From Vulcanimicrobiota bacterium (GTDB taxonomy: Bacteria > Vulcanimicrobiota > Vulcanimicrobiia > Vulcanimicrobiales > Vulcanimicrobiaceae), in assembly GCA_003135555.1 (NCBI GenBank), contig PLCF01000053.1:30131-94130 (forward strand): a DNA stretch of 64,000 nt, in the 5' to 3' direction. The notes under the pieces are model-generated. The model saw nothing but the letters and a program-made list of their open reading frames with translations. It did not search any database and was not told the origin of the DNA. Of this stretch, positions 30,918 to 40,021 are shown in pieces; positions within the stretch are counted from its first letter, which is position 1; each line of letters begins with the position of its first letter. Position numbers and translations under genes: made by a program.

Positions 30918-31889
30918 ATGCAAAACGTCATTGCTTTTATCGAGCACAAGCACGGCGCGATTCGCCGCTCGTCGCTGGAGGCGGCGACCCAGGCCCGGAC
31001 GCTGGCCGATCAGCTCGGCGGCAAAGCTCACGCGGTCGTCGCAGGCGCGGGCGCTGCGCAAGCTGCCGAAACGCTCAAGAAGTATCCGCTCGACCAGATT
31101 CACGTCTCCGACGAAGACCGCTTCATCGACGGTGCGGTCGACGCGCTCGAGTCCGTGGCCAAGGCCGCCGGATCGGCGCTCGTGCTGGTCGGCAACACGA
31201 TGATCGGCCGCGACGTCGGCTCCCGCTTCGCTGCGCGCGTCGACTGCGGCATCAACGCCGACGTGGTCGACTTCACGACCGACGGTGGCGCGGTGTCGTG
31301 CGTCATGCCCAAGCTGGGCGGCTTGGTCATCACGACGTGCAAGCTCACCGGCTCGGACTTCGGCGTCGCCGCGATCCGCCCCAACGTTTTTGCCGCCAAG
31401 GAAACTTCCGGCGCGGGTGAGATCGTTCAGATTCCGTCGAGCGGGAAGGCCTCTTCGGTCACCGTAGAGGACGAGGTCGAGGAAGCTGCTGCCGAGCTCG
31501 GCGTCGAAGAGGCGTCGGTCGTCGTCAGTGGCGGTCGTGGGATGGGCGGCCCGGAACCGTTCACCACGATCCTCAAAGACCTCGCCGACGCGTTCGGCGG
31601 TGCGGTGGGCGCTTCTCGCGCGGCGGTCGACGCCGGGTGGGTCTCTCACGGACATCAGGTCGGGCAGACCGGTAAGACCATCAGCCCCCAGCTCTACATC
31701 GCGGTCGGAATCTCCGGCGCGATTCAACACAAAGTCGGGATGCGCACCTCTGAAACGATCATTGCGATCAACAAAGACGGTGGCGTTCCAATCGGCGAAT
31801 TCGCCGATCTCCTCGTCGTTGGAGACGCCTTCGCCATCGTTCCGGAGTTGACGAAGCTAGTCCGCGACGCGAAAGCCGCACACGCCTAG
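30918..31889 (+). CDS. etfA: electron transfer flavoprotein alpha subunit
   Basis: SGGRG, GASRAAVDAGW, QVGQTGK, GISGAIQH. Confidence 0.96.
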   Translation: MQNVIAFIEHKHGAIRRSSLEAATQARTLADQLGGKAHAVVAGAGAAQAAETLKKYPLDQIHVSDEDRFIDGAVDALESVAKAAGSALVLVGNTMIGRDVGSRFAARVDCGINADVVDFTTDGGAVSCVMPKLGGLVITTCKLTGSDFGVAAIRPNVFAAKETSGAGEIVQIPSSGKASSVTVEDEVEEAAAELGVEEASVVVSGGRGMGGPEPFTTILKDLADAFGGAVGASRAAVDAGWVSHGHQVGQTGKTISPQLYIAVGISGAIQHKVGMRTSETIIAINKDGGVPIGEFADLLVVGDAFAIVPELTKLVRDAKAAHA

Positions 31890-31890
31890 C

Positions 31891-33441
31891 ATGATCCGCC
31901 GCCTCGTTCCCGCCCTCGTCCTCGCTGCCGCCGCGTCGTTCATCGGCGTGCTGGACACGCACCCTGCGACCGCCGCACCGAAGGCTGCCAAAGCGGCCGC
32001 TACGGCCACCCCGGCCCCGACCGCGGCGCCGACGGCGACTCCGGAGCCGCTCGATCAGGCGATTCCACGCCTTGAGAAACGGCTCAAGACCGATCCCACC
32101 GACCGCGCCGCGGCGACCGAGCTGGCGGGTGACTACCTGGCCATCAACCGTCCCGACCTGTCGCTCCCGCTCACTCAGAAGCTCTTGCAGACCGGCACCA
32201 AGACGGCGCAGGTCTACTACTTCGACGGTCTCGCGCAGCAGGCCGTTGGACACCAGAAAGAGTCGCTTGCCGACCTCGAGCAAGCGGCGAATCTGGAGCC
32301 CACGAACGCGGGGGTGCTGGGGACGCTCACCAGCATGTACTTGCAGCAAAACCGGCCGCAGGACGCCGAGCGCATCGCCAAGCGTGCGGTGGCGTTCAAC
32401 AAGAACGACAAGAACGCGTTTCTTGCCTACGGTCAGGTGTTGGCTGCGCAAGGGAAGTTCGACGAGGCGCGCCAGCAGCTTGAAGCCGCGGCGGCCCTCG
32501 ATCCCAAGGACGTGCGCGCCATCCTCGTCGAGGCGCAGACCTACATGAGTCAGAACGCGATCGCGCTGGCCGCGGGTCTCTACGACCGCGCCATCGGCAT
32601 CGATCCCAACAGCGTCGACGCGCTCATCGGTAAGGCTCGTCTCGCGGCCGTGCAGCACAACGTCAAGGACGCGATCGCGACGTACGAGGTGATCTACAAG
32701 CTGCAGACCGACCCCAACGACAAAGTCGCCGTCATCGACCAGGAAGCCGCCGTCTACGCCAACGAGAAGATGGACTCCGACGCCGATGCGACCTTCAAGC
32801 GCGCGATCTCGGAGTTCCCCGCGGTGATGAGCGCGCATACGACCTACGGCGAGTATCTCCAGGCGAAAAAGGACTATGCCGGCGCCGAGCGCGAGTTCAT
32901 CGCCGGGGTCGGCCCGAACCGCGACCAGGTCGATGCGCTCGCGCGGTTGGGCCAGCTCTACGCGGGTCAGCGCCAGTTCCCCAAAGCGATCGAGCAGTTC
33001 AAGCGCGTCATCGAGCTTGCGCCCAACGATCCGCGCTCGCACCTGCTGCTCGGCGCGACCTATTCGGCGAACGGGCAGTTCGACAAATCCATCGGCGAAT
33101 TCAAGGCATCGTACGCCCTGCAGCACACGCCGGATGCGCTCATGGGGCTGGGTCAAGCCGACTTGCAAATGCACAACTACAACGAGTGCGCGCAGGTCTA
33201 CGATGCGCTCGACAAGGGCGCGCCGGACCTCGCCAAACAGAATCCGCAGATCCTCTACGGTTTGGGCAAGTGCTACGAGGGCTCCAAGCACCCCGACAAG
33301 GCCAAGGTCGCGTATCAAAAACTGCTGACCTACTTGAAACCGGGATCGCAAGCGGCCAACGAGGTCAAGTCGCTCATCGCCGCGATCGACAAGCAGCAGA
33401 AACCCGCGCCCAAGAAGTCCTCGACCACCAGCAAGAGGTAG
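31891..33441 (+). CDS. exported tetratricopeptide repeat protein
   Basis: Signal peptide, Ala/Pro/Thr linker, many 34-aa A..L.P TPR units. Confidence 0.88.
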   Translation: MIRRLVPALVLAAAASFIGVLDTHPATAAPKAAKAAATATPAPTAAPTATPEPLDQAIPRLEKRLKTDPTDRAAATELAGDYLAINRPDLSLPLTQKLLQTGTKTAQVYYFDGLAQQAVGHQKESLADLEQAANLEPTNAGVLGTLTSMYLQQNRPQDAERIAKRAVAFNKNDKNAFLAYGQVLAAQGKFDEARQQLEAAAALDPKDVRAILVEAQTYMSQNAIALAAGLYDRAIGIDPNSVDALIGKARLAAVQHNVKDAIATYEVIYKLQTDPNDKVAVIDQEAAVYANEKMDSDADATFKRAISEFPAVMSAHTTYGEYLQAKKDYAGAEREFIAGVGPNRDQVDALARLGQLYAGQRQFPKAIEQFKRVIELAPNDPRSHLLLGATYSANGQFDKSIGEFKASYALQHTPDALMGLGQADLQMHNYNECAQVYDALDKGAPDLAKQNPQILYGLGKCYEGSKHPDKAKVAYQKLLTYLKPGSQAANEVKSLIAAIDKQQKPAPKKSSTTSKR

Positions 33442-33445
33442 CGCG

Positions 33446-34471
33446 ATGTTGGTCGCGTACGACGACGGACTCACCACGCACCTCAGCGGCGTGCCGCATC
33501 CCGAATCTCCGGATCGCGTGCGCGTCGTGGCCCAGGAGTTGCGGCGGCGCGGGATGCTCGGCGAGCGCGTCGATGCCCGCATCGCTCGTCCCGACGAGCT
33601 CGCCCGCGTTCACCCGGCGGCGTACATCGAGCTGGTGCGCCGAACGTGCGCCGCGCTCGAAGACGGCGACGTCACGCAACTCGTCACCGGCGACACGCTC
33701 GTCGACGCCGGCTCGTACGACGGTGCAGCGCGCGCTGCGGGTGCCGCGTTGGTCGCGCTCGACGCGGCCGTCGACGGGCGGCGCGGCACGTTCGCGCTCG
33801 TTCGGCCGCCCGGGCATCACGCCGAGCCGGCGCGCGGGATGGGTTTCTGCGTGTTCAACAACGTCGCGATCGCGGCGCGCACCTACGCGCAGCTCGAGGG
33901 TAAGCGCGTGCTGGTCCTCGATTTCGACTACCATCACGGCAACGGCACGCAGGCTTCCGTCGGCGGAGGCGTGTCGTTTTTCGGCACGCACGCCGATCCG
34001 GCGTACCCCGGGACCGGCGACCCGCGTGACAACCGGGTGACCTCGGGCGCCGCGCTGGTCAACGTGCCGATCGACGCGCGCGGCATCTCGACCGAAGGGT
34101 TCATGGCCATCCACATGCGCGCGCTGCGCGCGCTCGCCGATTGCGTGCGGCCCGGGCTGATCGTGGTGAGCGCCGGCTACGACGTGGTGGCGGGCGATCC
34201 GGTCGGCGATCTGGGCGTCGATCCGGCCTTCGCGCGGCACATGGGACGGCTGGTGCGCGAGATCGCCGACACGCATTGCGACGGCCGCGCCCTGTTCGTG
34301 CTCGAGGGCGGCTACGACCCGATGACGCTCGCGGGCTGCGTGGCCGAGACGATCCTGGGCTTCGAAGAGAGCGTCGAGGCCGAAAAGACGGACGTGCACG
34401 CGATCCCGCCGGCGCAGCGCGCGCTGGTGCGCGAGGTGGAGGAAGCCGCACTCTACCGGACGGCGCGATGA
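33446..34471 (+). CDS. histone deacetylase family amidohydrolase
   Basis: HPESPDR, RPPGHHAE, GFCVFNN, DFDYHHGNGT, SAGYD, LEGGY. Confidence 0.93.
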   Translation: MLVAYDDGLTTHLSGVPHPESPDRVRVVAQELRRRGMLGERVDARIARPDELARVHPAAYIELVRRTCAALEDGDVTQLVTGDTLVDAGSYDGAARAAGAALVALDAAVDGRRGTFALVRPPGHHAEPARGMGFCVFNNVAIAARTYAQLEGKRVLVLDFDYHHGNGTQASVGGGVSFFGTHADPAYPGTGDPRDNRVTSGAALVNVPIDARGISTEGFMAIHMRALRALADCVRPGLIVVSAGYDVVAGDPVGDLGVDPAFARHMGRLVREIADTHCDGRALFVLEGGYDPMTLAGCVAETILGFEESVEAEKTDVHAIPPAQRALVREVEEAALYRTAR

Positions 34472-34923
34472 ACCCCCGCGTGGTCGACGCGATCGTGCTG
34501 CTGGTGCGCGTCGTGCTGGGCGCGATCCTCATCGTCGCCGGCGCGTCGAAGGTCGGGCACGCGGCCGAGTTCGCCGCCCAGATCGCCGGCTTCCGGCTCT
34601 TGCCGCAGGTGGTCATCGCCCCGCTGGCGCTGCTCCTGCCGTTCTTGGAGATCCTCACCGGCGGCTACTTGATCCTCGGACTGTTCACCCGCGGCGCGGC
34701 GTGGGTCGCGACCGCGATGTTCGCGGTGTTCGATGCCGCAATCGCCTCCGCGGTCGTGCGCGGGATGACGGTCTCGTGTGGCTGCTTCGGCCCCAACGAC
34801 CGCACCGTGACGACCTGGGCGGAGGTCGCGCGGGACGCGATCTTCGTTCTCCTTGCCGTCGTGATCGCGCTGCGAGCCCCCGGGATGCTCGCGCTCGACC
34901 GGAGAATCGGAAAAGCACCATGA
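34468..34923 (+). CDS. MauE/DoxX family membrane protein
   Basis: LPFLE, SCGCFG, ARD motifs. Confidence 0.88.
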   Translation: MNPRVVDAIVLLVRVVLGAILIVAGASKVGHAAEFAAQIAGFRLLPQVVIAPLALLLPFLEILTGGYLILGLFTRGAAWVATAMFAVFDAAIASAVVRGMTVSCGCFGPNDRTVTTWAEVARDAIFVLLAVVIALRAPGMLALDRRIGKAP

Positions 34924-35474
34924 GCCGTCAGACGATCCTCTACGCGACGCTCGCGATCGTCGTCATTGCCATCGTCGTCGCGGTCGGGCTCGCCTCGCGC
35001 GTCCCCAAGGCCGCCTCGGACACCTTCGCGCAGTCCAGCCTCAAGGTCGGCGACACCGCGCCCGAGTTCTCCGTCGCCACCAATGCCGGCCCGTTCGACC
35101 TCGCCCAGGTATCGACGCCGGTGTTGCTCGAGATCTTCGCGACCTGGTGTCCGCACTGTCAGCGCGAAACGACCGTCCTCAACGACGTCGCCGCGAAATA
35201 CGCCGGCAAGGTCGCGCTCGTCGCGGTCAGCGGCAGCGAGCGGGCGATGGACGGCAACTCTCCGGAGTCGCTGGCCGACGTCAACACCTTCGGCCAGCAA
35301 TTCGGCGTGCGCTACCCGATCGCGTTCGATCCGGATCTCAAGGTCGCGCACGCGTACATTCAGGCTGGGTTCCCGACGCTCGTGCTCATCGACAAGACCA
35401 AGAAGGTCGTCTGGGTCCGGGACGGCGAGATCCCAGAGGCCGACATCCTCAAGGCGGTCAAGGCCGCGATCTAG
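34920..35474 (+). CDS. TlpA/ResA-like thiol-disulfide oxidoreductase
   Basis: N-terminal TM, GDTAPEF, FATWCPHC, GFPT. Confidence 0.9.
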   Translation: MSRQTILYATLAIVVIAIVVAVGLASRVPKAASDTFAQSSLKVGDTAPEFSVATNAGPFDLAQVSTPVLLEIFATWCPHCQRETTVLNDVAAKYAGKVALVAVSGSERAMDGNSPESLADVNTFGQQFGVRYPIAFDPDLKVAHAYIQAGFPTLVLIDKTKKVVWVRDGEIPEADILKAVKAAI

Positions 35475-36309
35475 CGGCGTCGCGCTCGAGCGCCGCGCGC
35501 ACCGCGCCGACGAGCGCCGGATCGCGCGTGTCCATCCCCCACTCGAGCTGCGCGGCGCCACGACCGAAGGCCCCCGTCGCGTTGCCCGATCCGAGCCAGG
35601 CGGCGCCGCCGGCCAGCGCGAGCTTCTCGTTGGTCCCGGTACGCCGAACGTCGACGCCGTCGGCTTCGAGTCGCGCGATGGTGGCACGCTCGCGCGGCGA
35701 GCGTTGCTTGGCACGGCCGACGATCAGCGTGGTCGGCGCACCGGCGCGCGCGTGGCGGCGCAGCGCCGCGGTGAGCGGTGAGCTGCCGACCCGTTCGGTC
35801 TCCAGCATGACCGGCACGCCGCGCGCACCGTCCACCAGCGCGACCTCGCGCCGCTGGGCTTCGTCCTTGCGCGTCGCCAGCGTCGCGTCCGCGCCGCCTC
35901 GGCCCGCCAATGCGGCTTGCACTAGGGCAACATCGTTCGGATCGTCGTCGGCCACGACGATCTCCGGGCCGCGTTGCGTGAAGTTGCGGTCATCGAGGTA
36001 GGCGACCCCGTCGCACACCGCCGCCTTGAGATGAAACGGAACGGTGTCACGCGCGAGCAGCGACACGCTCGCGCCGGCCGTGCGCAGCAGGCGCGCCGTG
36101 TCGGCGTTGGCGCGCGCTCCATAGCTATTGCGGTATGGGTCCGCCTGCAGCGTCACCGCGACATGGGCGCCGCGCTGCGCCGCGCCGGCGAGAGCATCGC
36201 GCACCGGGCCGCGACCCAGAAAATACGAACCGAACGCGACCTCGTGCGCCGAACCGATGCGCGCCAACACGTCGGAAACAGATGAAAGCAAAACCGCCAC
36301 GCCCCCCAA
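35458..36309 (-). CDS. phospholipase D-superfamily protein (one intact, one degenerate HKD motif)
   Basis: HLKAAVCD intact; second motif NEKLALAG...GSGN; start uncertain. Confidence 0.7.
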   Translation of the reverse strand: MGGVAVLLSSVSDVLARIGSAHEVAFGSYFLGRGPVRDALAGAAQRGAHVAVTLQADPYRNSYGARANADTARLLRTAGASVSLLARDTVPFHLKAAVCDGVAYLDDRNFTQRGPEIVVADDDPNDVALVQAALAGRGGADATLATRKDEAQRREVALVDGARGVPVMLETERVGSSPLTAALRRHARAGAPTTLIVGRAKQRSPRERATIARLEADGVDVRRTGTNEKLALAGGAAWLGSGNATGAFGRGAAQLEWGMDTRDPALVGAVRAALERDAARSRP

Positions 36310-36339
36310 TCACGCAGATTTACACGCGAACAAGATGAT

Positions 36340-36454
36340 GGTGACGGACCGAGCCCAGCAGCATCTGCGGCGTAGCTATAGTGTTGTTGCGAGGTCGGAC
36401 CCGGGGGCCCCACGCAAAGCGTGGGGGGCGCGCAGCGAGAGCGGAGCGCCTTTA
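36340..36454 (+). repeat. MIRU-like intergenic repeat copy 2
   Basis: Aligns end to end with 48556-48670 (GGTGA.GGACCGAGC.CAGCAG...GAGGTCGGACC.GGGGGCCCCACGC...GCGTGGGGGGCGCGCAGCGAGAGCGGAGCGCC.TTA). Confidence 0.85.
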
Positions 36455-36468
36455 GACCAGAAGTCCGG

Positions 36469-37557
36469 CTAGGGCACCACGCTGGTGGCGATGCGTGACA
36501 GCTCGCGCAGATCCAAGTCGCCGACGAGCGCGAACGAGAGCCCCTGCTCGCGCCATGAAAGCAGCGTCGTGGGGCCGTCGCGCACGTATTTCGCATCGTG
36601 GTCTTCGAAGCGGGTCGACTGCACGTGCATGCCGCCGAAGTCGATCGCCTTGCCGGTCGCGTTCTCGAAGAGCGACATGGTGCGCAGCCCGTCCGAGTAG
36701 ATGAGGTGCAGGTTGCGCACACCTTTCACGACCGTGACGTCGGCGCCGCTCAGGACGAAGCCGTCAGGAAGATACTTCGGCTTGATCGGTTTGAAGCCGG
36801 CATCCGGAACGGTGTTCGGTATCGTCTTGAGTTCCTGGTAGCTGCGGCCGGAGATGGCCCGATAGCCGTGCGGGATCGCCGACGTGAAGAGCGACTGCGG
36901 GATGCCGTCGGTATAGCGAATGTCGTCGAAGCGGGTGCGCCAGGCCGGCGAGCCGTCGCTGTGGTACGCCTCTTTGGCCAGCACGACGTGCGTTTGCTGG
37001 TCGATCCACAGCCGCATCGTGCGCTCGCCGGTGTAGCGGCTCACGAGGTCGACCACGTCGGCCCGGCGGTTGGCAACGTCGTCGGAAGCGCTGCGCACGG
37101 CGCGATAGTTCGCGTCGACCAGTGCGATGTCGTCGACCACCGCGACCGGGTCGACGGCGGCCTTGTTTTCGGTGACGACGACGCGCTTGCGCTCGGGATC
37201 GAAATCCCACGATTTCGCCCCCCGGCTCACGACGTACTGACCGTACAGCGAGCGCGGCGTGAGATAGGTGCGGCGCGTCTCGTCCGGAGCGCGGTGCTCG
37301 ATCTTGGAGAGGACCGCGGAGGCGCGGTTCGTCCCGCTGCGGATGGTGAGCTGTTGGCCGACGAACGAGACGTGCTTGGGCGCGGCGACCGCGGCGACGA
37401 TGAGCGGCCGGGCGTCGCTGCCGGGCGAGAGCGGCGCCGGCGCGGCGGCAAACACGGACGACGGAGCGGTGCGCGGGGCGGGCGTTGCAGCACTCCCGGG
37501 CAGCGCGCTCAACGTCAAAAACGCGAGAGCGAGGAACCCGGGGCTAGTGTACTGCAC
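36469..37557 (-). CDS. RseB/MucB-like (LolA-fold) exported sigma-regulatory protein
   Basis: Signal peptide, LWIDQQT.VVL, PKYLPDGF, LIYSDGL..MSLFE; follows the anti-sigma gene. Confidence 0.75.
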   Translation of the reverse strand: MQYTSPGFLALAFLTLSALPGSAATPAPRTAPSSVFAAAPAPLSPGSDARPLIVAAVAAPKHVSFVGQQLTIRSGTNRASAVLSKIEHRAPDETRRTYLTPRSLYGQYVVSRGAKSWDFDPERKRVVVTENKAAVDPVAVVDDIALVDANYRAVRSASDDVANRRADVVDLVSRYTGERTMRLWIDQQTHVVLAKEAYHSDGSPAWRTRFDDIRYTDGIPQSLFTSAIPHGYRAISGRSYQELKTIPNTVPDAGFKPIKPKYLPDGFVLSGADVTVVKGVRNLHLIYSDGLRTMSLFENATGKAIDFGGMHVQSTRFEDHDAKYVRDGPTTLLSWREQGLSFALVGDLDLRELSRIATSVVP

Positions 37558-38077
37558 CGGCGGCGTCGTCGAGGGTGGCGGCGTCGGCGGTGTCGATGTA
37601 GGCGGCGGCCGAGGACGCGCGATCCTGCGAGTCGGCGCTGTAGACCGCGGGCGAAGCCCCCGGCCCGAACGGGTTCTGCTGGGTCTGCGCGTTGTGCTCG
37701 TCGAGGTAGAACGCGGCCTCGATCCCGGGTGCCGGCGGGCGCGTCAAAACCGGCGTACCGAAGTACGCGGCCAGCGCGACGGCGGCCGCGACCGGGACGG
37801 CGACGCGCGGGCCCCAGATCGTGCGCAGTCGCTCCGTCCAGGACGGCTTCTCGCGCCGCAGGGCATCCCACACGCGCGCCTTGACGAGCGAGGGGAGCTC
37901 CAGCTCTTCGGCGCGCGCGGCGGCGCGCAGCGCCTCGCCCAGCGCCGCCTCTTCGTCGTAGACGCCGTTGCACGCCGCGCAGCCTCGAAGGTGCGCAAAA
38001 GCGGAAGCGTCGGCGTCGGGCGTGAGCGCGCCGTGCAAGTAGTCGATCAGGGTTTCGCGGTCGTAATGCGTGGTCAT
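37544..38077 (-). CDS. zinc-finger (HxxxCxxC) membrane anti-sigma factor
   Basis: LIDYLHGAL...HLRGCAAC, one TM segment; coupled to the sigma gene. Confidence 0.85.
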   Translation of the reverse strand: MTTHYDRETLIDYLHGALTPDADASAFAHLRGCAACNGVYDEEAALGEALRAAARAEELELPSLVKARVWDALRREKPSWTERLRTIWGPRVAVPVAAAVALAAYFGTPVLTRPPAPGIEAAFYLDEHNAQTQQNPFGPGASPAVYSADSQDRASSAAAYIDTADAATLDDAAGAVH

Positions 38078-38643
38078 CGTTGTTCCTGTTGCGCCCTGGT
38101 CACCAGCCGTCGGAGCAGCGCCCGAGCGCGGTGAAGCCGCGAACGAACCGTTCCGATCGAACATCCCATGATGTCGGCGATCTCCTGGTAGCTGTACTCC
38201 TCAATGTCGGCGAGAATGACCACTTGACGTTGCTCCGGGGAGAGCTGTGCGAGCGCCCGTGAAAGCGGCTCCCCCAGTTGCCCCGAGACGTAGTCCTCGA
38301 TGGGATCGACCGCCAGCGGCCGCTGCCCAGCGTACTCCTGCGGAGCGTTGTCTTCCGGTATCTCCTCCTGGAAACGCCCTTTTCGCCGCCGAAGTTCATC
38401 CCGATACAGGTTCGTGACGATTCGGTAGATCCAGGAGAGGAACGAGGTGCCTGGTTGGAACGAGTGCCACGCCCGGTAGACGCGGATGTAGGCGTCCTGC
38501 GTCAGGTCGCGAGCATCCGCCTCGTTCCCGGTGAGCCGGAAGGCGAAGTTGTACGTCGCCTTGCCGTACTGGGTCATCGCCTGCTCGAGGAAAGCCGACG
38601 CTTCGGGCGTGGCCGGCTCGATCGGCTTTCGCGGGACCCCCAT
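38074..38643 (-). CDS. ECF RNA polymerase sigma factor
   Basis: DARDLTQDAYIR, SWIYRIVTN, SYQEIA..MGCSIGTVRSRLHRAR. Confidence 0.95.
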   Translation of the reverse strand: MGVPRKPIEPATPEASAFLEQAMTQYGKATYNFAFRLTGNEADARDLTQDAYIRVYRAWHSFQPGTSFLSWIYRIVTNLYRDELRRRKGRFQEEIPEDNAPQEYAGQRPLAVDPIEDYVSGQLGEPLSRALAQLSPEQRQVVILADIEEYSYQEIADIMGCSIGTVRSRLHRARALLRRLVTRAQQEQR

Positions 38644-38701
38644 CGGGATCAGAGCCTTCGGGGGACGACCGGCCGCGGCCTCGCGACGAGGCGCGCGCGG
38701 A

Positions 38702-39484
38702 CTACTTACACGCGTTCGCGGCGGGGATGATCAGCTTCGCGGCGACGTCCTCGTACTTGGTCGTGAACGCCGAGATGTCGGCCAAGTCGCGGTCGAGCAG
38801 GTGGGCGTCGTTGAGGCTGCTGACAACCCGGTGGTTCGGGTTGAACGTCGTCTGCGAATCGCGCAGAAACGCGCCCAGCGGGGGCGGGGTCTGCAGCGGG
38901 CCGCCACCCGGCTGACTGAGGTTGGGACCATTGGAGCGCTGCATGTTTTTCTCGCTCTCGCTCAACTCGCCGAAGCGGCGCATCCGCTCGGTTTCCACGA
39001 AGCCGCTCATGGCATTGAGCTGCACCTTCTGCGCGACGAGCACGTTGGCCAGAGACGCGCGCACGTCGCGCAGCGTCTTGGCGTCTTCGGGCTTGGCGGT
39101 TGCCGGGATGTCGAGCGCGGGCGATTTGATCGCCTGCTCGAGCGTCTCGATGTTCTTCACCATCGCGTCGACCTGGCGGTCCATCTGCGTCAGGTGCAGA
39201 TCGCGGGCTTCCTCCGAATCCTTGACGACGTAGTCGAAGATTTGGGCGCGGATCGCCCCATAGGTCTTGTCGTTTTTGAGCGAGGCGGCGACCGCAGGTG
39301 CGATCGCCCGGCGGATCGCCGTGCAGACCGGCTTGGCACGCGTCGTCCCGATCACCGGCAACGAGGGGGCTGCCTGGGGGATCGGGTTGAGGTTGAACGG
39401 GTTGGTCGGTTCCGGCCTGGGGGCCGGCGCCGGGGTCGCAACGGCGACCAACAGCGCACCGAGGGCGACATGTGCGAGCACCAC
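38702..39484 (-). CDS. secreted hypothetical helical protein
   Basis: Signal-like VLAHVALGALLVAVA, two Cys near the termini, GC3-biased codons; start approximate. Confidence 0.65.
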   Translation of the reverse strand: MVLAHVALGALLVAVATPAPAPRPEPTNPFNLNPIPQAAPSLPVIGTTRAKPVCTAIRRAIAPAVAASLKNDKTYGAIRAQIFDYVVKDSEEARDLHLTQMDRQVDAMVKNIETLEQAIKSPALDIPATAKPEDAKTLRDVRASLANVLVAQKVQLNAMSGFVETERMRRFGELSESEKNMQRSNGPNLSQPGGGPLQTPPPLGAFLRDSQTTFNPNHRVVSSLNDAHLLDRDLADISAFTTKYEDVAAKLIIPAANACK

Positions 39485-39605
39485 GCTTGCTTCGATGCCT
39501 CGGCGGGACGTCCCGGGCAGGGCGAGCGGCGAAAGACCCCCCGTTCCCAGGAGAGAGTTCCGGCCTCGGTATCGGTACGACCTCATACGGAAGGGGAGGT
39601 GAGCG

Positions 39606-40010
39606 GTGCGGACGATATGGATGGTCCAGGACGAGGCAGACCGGGTTTTGCGCCAGCGCCGCTCGTTCCGCGACTGCGTGGCCGCGCTGGCCGAGCCCGC
39701 CTCCGACGTTTCCGGTGCCGAGCTCATCTACGGTGAGCTGGTCGGCAACACGGTACGCTACGCGGCCGGGCCGGTCGAGGTGCGGCTCGAGGTCCACAAC
39801 GGCGACGCGCCGGTGTTGACGGTGCGCGACCACGGCCCAGGGCTGCACTGCCACCCCTGGACCCCGCGCCGCGACCCCTACGCGGAGTCCGGACGCGGCT
39901 TGGGGATCGTCGAGCTGCTGGCGCGCGCCGTCGCCGTCGACCGGCCCAGCGATGGCGGCACCCTCATCCGCGCCGTCCTACCGGTGACGCCGCGGGCGAA
40001 GGTCGCGTAA
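39606..40010 (+). CDS. RsbW-like ATP-binding protein (HATPase_c_2)
   Basis: ELVGNTVRYA, VRDHGPG, ESGRGLGIV. Confidence 0.85.
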   Translation: MRTIWMVQDEADRVLRQRRSFRDCVAALAEPASDVSGAELIYGELVGNTVRYAAGPVEVRLEVHNGDAPVLTVRDHGPGLHCHPWTPRRDPYAESGRGLGIVELLARAVAVDRPSDGGTLIRAVLPVTPRAKVA

Positions 40011-40021
40011 CGCCGAGCCGC

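Noticed and set aside
39531..39561. ECF promoter (GGAACT...GTCT) on the minus strand
   Set aside because: Spacing is 2-3 nt longer than typical ECF promoters; not supportable.
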